This document shows positions 53,302 through 63,910 of a DNA stretch of 63,910 nucleotides, piece by piece. A program made the translations under genes and the position numbers. Origin of the DNA: Octopus sinensis (Eukaryota). The notes beneath the pieces are model-generated. The model was not told the DNA's origin and ran no database searches. It saw nothing but the letters and a program-made list of their open reading frames with translations. The first letter of the stretch is position 1. Every line of letters starts with the position of its first letter. The stretch is from assembly GCF_006345805.1 (NCBI RefSeq), contig NC_043006.1, forward strand, positions 74,834,001-74,897,910. The letters run 5' to 3'.

Positions 53302-54386
53302 GTGTGTAAAAGAGAGAGAATGTCATGCTAAAACATTTTAGAGAACAAAAGGAAATATGTAGTCTATGAATATTTCATAAAGTGTCTACGGTACTCGACA
53401 GATGTAACCGAATTGACGACAAGTTTTCTTTGAAAACATGGAGACAAACAACAACAAAAGAAAACAAGAAAAAGAGGAAAAATAAAAAAAAATAGCACGA
53501 AGAATAGACGGCATTATACCAACATGCACACATACTCTCTCAGACACACACAGACACACACATAGATATACATAAATGCAAACATAGATACACGCAAGGC
53601 TACGCACATATAATGTGTATGCACGTTTATTTTACAAACGAAATAAAAAGTACTCAATACATACTGGGGAGCTTAAATATTTAAACACAACTGGCGTTTC
53701 ACTCAGTCGCTACTTAGTGTTCCATTATTCGCATGTGTTTTTTATATACTCTTTTTTACTCTTTTACTTGTTTCAGTCATTTGACTGCGGCCATGCTGGA
53801 GCACCGACTTTAGTCGAGCAACTCGACCCCGGGACTTATTCTTTGTAAGCCCAGTACTTATTCTATCGGTCTATTTTGCCGAACCGCTAAGTGACGGGGA
53901 CGTAAACACACCAGATCGTTGTCAAGCAATGCTAGGGGGGACAGACACAGACCACAAAAACATACACGACACCCATATATATATACACATACATATATAC
54001 GACAGGCTTCTTTCAGTTTCCGTCTACCAAATCCACTCACAAGGCATTGGTTGGCCCGGGGCTGTAGCAGAAGACACTTGCCTAAGATGCCACGCAGTGG
54101 GACTGAACCCGGAACCATGTGGTTGGTAGGCAAGCTACTTACCACACAGCCACTCCTGCGCCTATTCTTTAATTCTAATATTATTTTCGTTATTTCAGTC
54201 ATTTGACTGCGTCCATGCTGGAGCATCGCCTTAAAGGGTTTCCAGTCGAAGAAATCGACGCCGGAACTTATTCTTTGAAAAACCCAGTGCTTATTCTATC
54301 GGTTTCTTTTACCGAAATGCTAAGTTACAGGGACATAAACGCACCAACATCGGTTGTCAAGTGATGGTGGGTGGCAAACACAGACA

Positions 54387-54425
<39 letters not shown>

Positions 54426-54429
54426 ACAC

Positions 54430-54472
<43 letters not shown>

Positions 54473-54624
54473 ATCAATAGGCTTCTTTCAGTTCCGCCAA
54501 CCACATCATCTCACAAAGCTTTGGTCGACCCGGCTATAATTAAAAGAATTTGCCAAAGTACCCACCAGTGAGACTGAACTCAGAACCATGTTGTTGGAAA
54601 GCAAGCTTCTTACCACACAGCCAG

Positions 54625-56040
54625 GGATTTCAACCCCTTCTGCGCCAGTGTATCCCCACAGCATTTCAATCAAATGGTAATGCAGGCTCGATGTTTTCAT
54701 TAAACTGCATGTTATTTTCCTCAGCCTACCTGTATATTGTGCCCAACTCCTGTTGCAGGAGCGCAATATCTCCAGGTTTCTAGATTCTTTGAGAAATTTT
54801 TGTGTCGTCTGCATAGCTAAGCAATGGTTGCTACCCGAGCAGCTGAGGGCCACTATATAACCCTTCAACAAGTTTCAGCTCGAGAGCTGGCGCCGCACCA
54901 TTAGCTTAGCTACATCTTCATTACTTGAAACCTGAAACTTCCTCTGATACGTGGGATTTGGTGAATGAGGGAGTTTAATGCTACTGCTCACATCTGTGTT
55001 TCCTGCCGTGATGTAGATTTATCCATAAGTCTTGACAGGAAGAGATCCAGCTTTTTAGTTGGAGACACCTATAGCTAACCCATACAAGTCTCTCAGGCTT
55101 TTGGGAGGATATTGAAGAGCTGTGGGTCCTTAAAATCCAAACTATTACAGTATCTTGTTCTGTGTGTTGATGGCGATGTTAGGATCTTTGGCACTATGAA
55201 GCGGTGCCCAGTTTTGCTGTTTGTGTAACTTTCAATGCTAAAGTCTGGTACAATTCTTCCCTGGATCTTCCATATGCATTTCACTGTATATATTTCCCAC
55301 CTTCGTTTTAGAGAGTAAAGTCTTAACTTTTTCAGCACATACCCATTTGTTGACACGTCACATTGAGATAATCTTTGTGAAGCTTTGCTAGCTTGGTTCG
55401 AGTTTCACCGTTAATTTTACACTGTGAGGTGGCTGTAGTTGGGAGCAATAGCCTAAGCAGCTGAGGACATATGTCGTTCAGAGGACCACCATGGTTTCCT
55501 GTTCTCTCATTCTGAAAGTTCTAAGGACTCACCTGACTATCCGCCTACATTTTATTGCTAATTTGATAATATGTATCTGGAAAGATGCATCATCATTCAT
55601 ATTATTGCATAGGTCGCGCACTGATTTTGATTCCGGGATTTCAAACCCTTCTGGACCAGTGCATTTGGACTGCATTTCAATCAACTTCATAACCTGGCAA
55701 TGCAGGGCTCGAAATTTTCCAGCATTAATCTGCATATTATTTTCCTCAGCCTAACTGTATACTGTACCCAGCTCCTGTAGCATGTGCTCAATATATTCAG
55801 GGTTCTCGAACTCCTCTGAGATCGACTTTGCCTTGCATCCTTTCGGGATCGATAAATTAAGTACCAGTTGCGTACTGCGGTCGATCAAATCGACTGGCCC
55901 CTCCTCTCAAAATGTCGGGCCTTGTGCCTAGACTAGAAAAGAATATATTCAAGGTTCTGTAGCCTCTGAGAGACTTTTGTATCGTCTGCATAGCTAAGCA
56001 AGGGTGGCTACCTGAACAGTTGAGGGCCACTATGAATATT
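54625..56040 (-). mobile_element. Decayed CR1/L2-type LINE 3' region with an internal duplication and a SINE insertion
   Basis: LKKLRLYSLKRRWEIY..WKIQG..NSLDFKDPQLFNILPK and NAGKFRAL motifs; 54650-54870 resembles 55660-56030. Confidence 0.7.
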
Positions 56041-57299
56041 AATAACCCCAAGTCAGTACTACCAACGAAGTGTTGACCACTCATACTTTCTATTCGATAT
56101 TGGCGTAAATATATAAGACTACGTGAAGGCGCGTTGCTTAGTGGTTAGGGTATGCGGCTCACGATCACAAGGTCATCAGTTCAATTCCCGGCCACGCGTT
56201 GTGTCTTTGAGTAAGACACTTTATTTCACGTTGCTCCAGTCCACTCAGCTGATAAAAATAAGAAGCACCTGTATTTCAAAGGGTCGGCCTTGTCACACTC
56301 CGTGTCACGCTGAATCTCTTTTAGAACTGCGTTAAGGGTAAACATGTTTGTGGAGTACTCGACCACTTGCACGTTAATTTCATGAGCAAGATGTTTCATT
56401 GATCGGATCAACTGGAATCCTCGTCGTCGCAACCGACGGAGAGCCAATTATATAAAACTATATTATCCAATTTATCCTTCATCTTTTGAAAAAGTGTACG
56501 AACTCTATAGAGATTTGACTGCTATTTCAAGCAGACTATGTACCACTGCTTTAGCTCGTGTTACCGCTTGTAATTCTTTAGTCATAGGCTAACTTTTGTT
56601 TACCATTGCTCCAGTCGTGACCGTCTCAACTTTTGTTCTCACTCAGAGTGTATGATATGAAGATGTTTGAATTGAGGGTGAATTGATTACTATTTCTAGC
56701 AATATAGACTGACCACATAGAGGCGTCTGCAATGTCTCGTAGCAACAGCAGTACTATTTTTATGCTGTTGATGTTTTGTAGTTGTTGTTGTTGGTGGTGG
56801 TAACATTGTTGGTAAAGGTGAGTTATGATAAAATTGCAATTAAAGGTTAGCTATAGAGTAGCGGGGTTTTAGCGAAGGGTCGGTTCGAAGGGTTGAAGTG
56901 GCATTTGTCATGTTCTGTCGACACAAATGCTAGTCACTTTTTGGCTCAGACATGCTATGAAAGGAAATCTCTCGAGTTTACCTCTACAGAGGCTATTTTG
57001 TTTGACAGCGCCAGTCATTTGCATTCAGTTTGTATTTTTTTTGTTTCATTGTCTCTGTATGTGCAACTCTGTGTGCATATGCGTATGTGTGTGTTTGTGG
57101 AGGGTGTGTGTGGTTGTGTGCGTGCGTACAAACGTACATACACACACATACCTGCACACACATGCATTCGCATACGCTCAATGTGAAAAGAGTGAAAATA
57201 GACGTAATTAATTATAGGTACGTCACCCACCCCACAAACACAGCGCCCCCTACATAAATACACATGCACAGGTTATATATATATTTTATATATATTATC

Positions 57300-57355
<56 letters not shown>

Positions 57356-57400
57356 TATATACATAGATATATATGTATATTACTCTCTCTCTCTCTTTCA

Positions 57401-57474
<74 letters not shown>

Positions 57475-57507
57475 GTATGTCTCTCTCTCTCTCTCTCTCC
57501 CCTCTAT

Positions 57508-57541
<34 letters not shown>

Positions 57542-58038
57542 CATAGTGATGGCACATGGCCTAGTGGCTAGGAAGTTGCACCCACGATCGCGAAATCCTG
57601 GTTTCAATTCCTAGACCGGGTGGTGCGTCGAGTTCTTGTGCAAAATACTTCATCCGACGATGCTTTGCGATCACTTCGACATCTGATGCGTGGCACGCCG
57701 TGCACCTGCTCAGACAACGTCGATTTGATGGCGAGAGTGAGCTAATGTGCAGCACGAACATTTGATCGCTATAAACAAATCATTTGGGCAGGTCGTTTGG
57801 TAAAAGCTGACGCGAGAGTCCGTCATCTAAATCATAACCATTTAATTCGGAGATTTATATATGTTTAACAACTGAATGAAGTTAATTAAAGCATCTGAAT
57901 ATGAAACTTCATGAAAATTGTTCGGAATGAAGTCCTTCTTGAGCGATACATTTTTGCATTCGAGTCAGAATTACAGATAGTATTTATGGAATTTTGATTT
58001 ACTGTCGGGGGACTTTTGGTCAGCCCTGTATATATATA

Positions 58039-59295
58039 TCAGGTCATCCGATAAGTTCTGTCCGATTTTACCTTTTTTAAGATTGAATGAAATTTATAAG
58101 TATTTTAGAATGTCTAATGGAATTAAAAACATTTTTATGCGTTTGTGTACATTTAAATAAATTAAATATTATTTTACAGAATTAAAATTTCTTTGATTAA
58201 AACCCTTCCTAACATGGAAGGATCCAAAGAGCATTTGAGGCACATAATATTTTATGAGTACAAAAAATGGAAACTCTGCAACCGAAGCGACTCCAAACAT
58301 ACACTCAATTTATGGGAAAGAATACTTGAGTGAAAGAACTGGCAGAAGATGGTTTACAAAATTCAGAAGTGGAGATTTCAGCCTTGAAGATGAAGATCGA
58401 ACAGGACGTCCAGTTGAGTTTGATGATAAGCTCCTTGAGGCATAACTTGAAGAAAATGCTGCATAATCAGTTGAAGAATTGGCAATAAAACTTGGTTCAA
58501 ACCATACAACTGTTCATCGTCATCTTTAACAACTTAGAAAGGTTCCTAAACTTGGAAAATGGGTGCCTCATGAATTGTCCGAAAGCAACCGCAAATCCCG
58601 AGTTGACATTTGCTCTTTTCTCTATTCTTGCGAACTCATTTCACCTTTTTGGATAGACTTGTGACTGGTGACGAAAAATGGATCTTCTATCGAAGCGTTA
58701 AACGTCGTAAACAGTGGCTTGGTAAAAGGGAAAAAGCTCAACCCAACCGAGAAGGGAACTTCATGGGAAAAAGGTTCTTCTCTCTATCTGGTGGGATTGC
58801 AAAGGAGTAATTCACTTTGAATTGTTACCACCTAATGCAATAATCAATGCACAAGTCTACTGTCAGCAATTAGAGCGTTTGAACAAAAAAATCCCGCTTT
58901 AGTGAATCGAAAAGGAGTGATGTTTCATCAGGATAATGTGCGACCCCACACTGCAAAGATCACGTCACAGAAGATCGAAGAGCTTGGTTTGGGAAAAAAT
59001 TCCTCATCCACCTTATTCTCCCGACCATGCTTCTTCAGACTACCATGTGATTCGTAGTTTACAGAATCATTTGGGGGACATAACTTTCGCAAGCCAGGAG
59101 ATCGAAACTGACATTTCAGAGTTCTTCGCTTTGAAACCAAAAGAGTTTTACATTGATGGGATTAAAAAGCTTGTAAATAGATGGAAGGAAGTCATAGATA
59201 ATCAGGGAAAGTACATTGATGATTAAATTTCAATTAAATATAACATTTGATCACTTGTTTTCTTTATTCACATTCGGACAGAGCTTATGGGACAC

Positions 59296-59299
<4 letters not shown>
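58039..59299 (+). mobile_element. Full-length decayed mariner (DD34D) transposon
   Basis: Imperfect TIRs TCAGGTCATCCGATAAGTTCTGTCCGA / TCGGACAGAGCTTATGGGACACCTGA with TA flanks. Transposase remnant 58214-59226 has WVPHEL, TGDEKW, HQDNVRPH and YSPDHASSDY, broken by stops and frameshifts. Confidence 0.92.
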
Positions 59300-59336
<37 letters not shown>

Positions 59337-59499
59337 TATATTATATATATATATATATACGCACACACAATATATATATACATATATATATATATATATT
59401 CATAAATATATTTAAGATAAAAATTGGTAGATTTTTCTCTTATAAGGTTTTTCACGCCAACTACTGGATAAATTCTTATAAAGATTTTAGCCTATTTTA

Positions 59500-59536
<37 letters not shown>

Positions 59537-60657
59537 CACACACACACACACACACACATATATATGGAGTTAGGACGTCACCAACAGTAAACAACAAGAA
59601 GTAAGAAAACAAATGAGCTAAATACGTCGACGAGGGTTCCAGGTGATCTGATCAACCGAACAGCCGGCTCATGAAATTAGTGTGCAAGCGGCTGAGCACT
59701 CCACAGACACGTGTACCCCTAACGTAGTTCTCAGGGAGATTCAGCACGACACAGAATGTAACAAGGCTGGCCCTTTGAAATACAGGTACAACTCATTTTT
59801 GGCAGCTGAGTGCACACTGGAGCAACGTGAAACAAAATGCCTTGCTCAAGGACTCAACGCAACGTGGAACATTGAACTCACTCACGACCATAATATATAT
59901 ATATACACACATACATATACATATGTTGTACACATACACACGCATAGACTAATACATATATATATAAATAGGCACATACATATATAGCGGATACATAAAT
60001 GTACACACCGCATGCTTACATACCTGCATTGATTATAAATGTATAAAAAGAGAGAAAAATAATTTGATGGTTAAAAGTGTGGATAAGAGACGCACGTTGC
60101 CACATACATACACTTGGAAGCACATGCGTACACGCACACGTTAGAGCTGTGTATGTATGCGTGTGTACATGTATGCATGCATGTATGTATGTATGTATGT
60201 ATGTATGTATGTATGTATGTATGTATGTATGCGTGTGTACATGTATGCATGCATGTATGTATGTATGTGTGTATGTATGTACGCATGTATGTATGCATAA
60301 ACGCACACATACACATATATCTATTTCTTTATTACCCACAAGGGGTTAAACACAAAGAGGACAAACAAGGACAGACAAACGGATTAAGTCGATTATATCG
60401 ACCCCAGTGCGTAACTGGTACTTATTTAATCGACCCCGAAAGGATGAAAGGTAAAGTCGACCTCGGCGGAATTTGAACTCAGAACGTAATGGCAGACGAA
60501 ATACGGCTACGCATTTCGCCCGGCGTGTTAACGTTTCTGCCAGCTCGCCGCCTTCATACACATATATCTATGCACATATGTGTGCGTGTGTGTATGTGTG
60601 TATGTGTGTGGTAATGTATATGTATATATGTGTGTGTGTGTGTTGTGTGTATATATA

Positions 60658-60706
<49 letters not shown>

Positions 60707-60847
60707 AGTATGTAAGACTACAGTAAATGAATGAAATGTTTTCGCTTGAGAGAGAAAGGAGAGAGAGAGAGAAAGAAAGAAAGAGAGACAGAGAGACAGA
60801 GGAGAGAGAGATGAAAGACAGAGGGGGGAAAAGGGCAGAAAGGGAGT

Positions 60848-60891
<44 letters not shown>

Positions 60892-61221
60892 GACAGAGAG
60901 AGAGAGAGAGACCTGTAGGTCAGCAAAAGGAAAAAGAAACGGCCGAGGACAATGGAAGATAAACAGTGGGCGTACAGATTGTAGACAAGGGACAATAAGA
61001 TTGGTAGGTTAATGTGATGTTGGTCGGTTGTAGGTTAGAGCGGTTGAACAGGCTTCATTTATCCTTTTATGTCAACCCTTCAAATCAAAAAGAAAAGCAA
61101 TATATCACAGACTTGAATCACTTCACAACCAATTACCTTTTATGAACTCTAATAATTCTGAAAGGGGCGCTCGTAGTGATTTAAGACTATATATATACAC
61201 ACACACACACACACACAGACA

Positions 61222-61267
<46 letters not shown>

Positions 61268-61298
61268 CACACACACACACTATATATATGTATGTGTA

Positions 61299-61339
<41 letters not shown>

Positions 61340-61445
61340 CTCTCTCTCTCTATTATATCTATATATTCTATATGATATATAATCTATATATATATATATT
61401 ATATATATATATATAATATATATATATATATAATACGTATATATA

Positions 61446-61770
61446 CAGTGGCGGACTGGGTTTAAAAATATTGGCTGCCAGGAGGACTATGGGGGCCCAC
61501 CCGCAACTACAAGGGGCCCACCTGCATCTGCAAGGGCGCCCACCCGCAACTACAATGGTTTGATGATTAATTTTTTTTTTTTGTTAAATGTATTCTTTTC
61601 AACTGTCTACAAACACAGCCAGGCTGAAATAATTAATGCATTCTTCCAGGAGTGAATAAGAAATTCTCAAACTTGAGGGAATGGGCTCCTTAGATACTAA
61701 CATAGGCCCCTAATGGCGCAGGGGCCCATTTGCCATCGGGTAAGCTGGCAACCTGGCCTGTCTGCCTCTG
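61446..61770. mobile_element. GC-rich MITE-like element with degenerate TIRs in a (TA)n tract
   Basis: CAGTGGCGGACTGG vs reverse complement CAGAGGCAGACAGG; internal GGGCCCACCCGCAACTACAA repeats. Confidence 0.5.
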
Positions 61771-62766
61771 TATATGTATATATATGAAGAACGTATACAG
61801 CCAAGATAGCTAATGTGAGCTCTTGCTTCAACACCAGGTGTCAGGGAACTTTTTAACTAATTATCCCAAAATATATTATTGACACCGACGTTACTCCCTT
61901 GATTTGAAAGGAAGAAAATCATAGATTTTCCGAATTCAAAAAGTTTATTGAAGGAACACGTTTTTTTTTTAAAATTATGATTTTACTTATGTCTAATGAA
62001 TCCTCATTACTCGCAAGAATTTCATTTTTACCCCACTTGGGGTAATTTACTCCGGGTCGCCGACTTCCGTTCTATACCATTAGTTCCCAACTTCCCCAAC
62101 GTTTATAGCCTTTCTTTTAACACCTGAAATAACTTAGTCGCAAGCCAACTAGTGCGTCCTTTAGGAAGCTGAGAAGAGTTCCTACTGGCATCTTGATTCT
62201 GGGCCCCTTAACCAACTACGAGGGTTGCAATGTAGATAGTAACATAGAAAATGGCAACAGAGAGATGCCACCTTCTATGTCACTGTTATGGTCTGGATGT
62301 GGCCCATCCCCACTGAAAGTGTAAGAAATTATTTTCTACTCTAGGCACAAGGCCCGAAACTTTTGGGGAGGGTGCCAGTCAATTAGATCAACCACAGTAC
62401 GCAACTGGTACTTAATTTATCGACCCTGAAAGGATGAAAGGCAAAGTCGACCTCGACGGAATTTGAACTCAGAACGTAGCGGCAGATGAAATGCCTATTT
62501 CTTTACTACCCACAAGGAGCTCAACACAGAGAGGACAAACAAGGACAGACACACGGATTAAGTCGATTATATTGACCCCAGTGCGTAATTAGTACTTATT
62601 TAATCAATCCCGAAAGGATGAAAGGCAAAGTCAACCTCCGCGGAATTTGAACTCAGAACGTAGCGGCAGACGAAATACCGCTAAGCATTTCACCCGGCGT
62701 GCTAACGTTTCTGCCAGCTCATCGGCTTGCATGGAGTGGAGGTATGGAGGCTTCTTCCCAGTAGAC

Positions 62767-63089
62767 CAGAGGTTCTCAGCCATTTTTTATCTATGGTTGA
62801 TCACTATTTTATTTTGGTGGACCTCCATACCCTTTCGCTATCTAAAAACTAGTTTTATAGAAACTTCTTTCAAAATTCCTCTTTTGTTATTCACACAACT
62901 TGTGTAAGTTGAACCATGTAAAATGTTAGATAAAGAAACTTAGCTGTTCTTGCAATACATACATCTAAAGCAATTTTTTTTTCATGAATCCTTAATGAGT
63001 TACTGTGGGTCCCCAATTTGCTGTTTCGTTCCCGTTGACCCTTCATCCCAAATCTTATAAGGACCCTCAGAATGTCATATGAACCACTG
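62767..63089. mobile_element. hAT-like MITE
   Basis: CAGAGGTTCTCA ... TATGAACCACTG; flanks CAGTAGAC / CTGTAGAC match at 7 of 8. Confidence 0.7.
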
Positions 63090-63910
63090 CTGTAGACTTT
63101 TGTTGCTCAGCTATCCCTAGAGTTTCACCACAACCATTAAGTCGACATGCTTAGCATCAGCTGAAATATAATCATTAGATCCTGTCAGTATTGGTCTGAC
63201 AAAGGCGGCGAGCTGGCAGAAACGTTAGCACTCGGGCGAAATGCTTAGCAGTACTTCGTGTCTTTACGTTCTGAGTTCAAATTCTGCCGAGGTCGACTTT
63301 GCCTTTCATCTTTCGGGGCGTAATTTTAAATAAGTACCAGTTACGCACTGGGGCCGAAGTAATCGACTTATCCCTTTGTCTGTCCTTGTTCGTCCCCTCT
63401 GTGTTTAGCCCCTGGGACAGTAAAGAAATAAGTATTGGTCTGTTTGTGTTCATAATAGCCTTTTGACTTATTCTTATCCAGGAATATTCGTGTGAAATAT
63501 GTGATCACATGATTATGAATATGGAGTGTAGGTATATGCCTGTATGGTTAAGAAGCTCGTCTTGCAACCGTTAAGTTCCGGGTTCGATCTCACTTGCAAT
63601 CTTAGACAAGTAACTTTTTGTATGAAATTGAGTTACTCTACACACACTTGTATGTATATACATACAAATGTGCATGTGTGTATATATATATATATGTATG
63701 TACGTGTGTGTCTGTGTGAATGTGCGGTGTTCATGTTTACACCTGTCTGAAACTGGTATTGTTTATGTTGTGTCTCTTTATGTCAAGTAACATAGCGGTT
63801 AGTCAGAGACAGGAATGTTTTGCCATGGAATTTCGTAGACGAAGCTTTAGCCGCAAGCCGGCGCCATCACCGTCGCTATCACCGTCGCGTCGCCGTTGCC
63901 ATCGCATTGT

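Noticed and set aside
58214-59226. Active mariner transposase
   Set aside because: Multiple stops and frameshifts, and diverged TIRs. Single-base dropouts in (TA)n and (CA)n tracts hint at some assembly error, but not enough to restore the ORF.

Overview
AT-rich eukaryotic DNA saturated with microsatellites and SINEs. The repeat content looks like a coleoid cephalopod, probably Octopus (inference only). Host genes: two minus-strand exons of a TMEM26-like gene (36916-36763 and 25958-24624; the first coding exon was not found), and an ungapped 3' fragment of a UBIAD1/Heix-like prenyltransferase (28917-29198, +) lying antisense inside the TMEM26 intron with no visible splice acceptor. Mobile DNA: two copies of a 397-bp non-autonomous Helitron, one split by a 2.9-kb foldback element (9-bp TSD, ~1.3-kb near-identical arms that each carry the same retroposon); a related GGTAC-ended MITE; a full-length decayed mariner (DD34D); a maT (DD37D) remnant; hAT and Tc1 MITEs; Penelope-like, Dong/R4 and CR1 LINE remnants; and three tRNA-derived SINE families. 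Three minimal type I hammerhead ribozyme motifs sit in Penelope-like repeats; two have an intact core. Almost all other ORFs in the track are read-throughs of microsatellites or SINEs. Repeat boundaries were judged by eye and are approximate unless a TSD or TIR is quoted.
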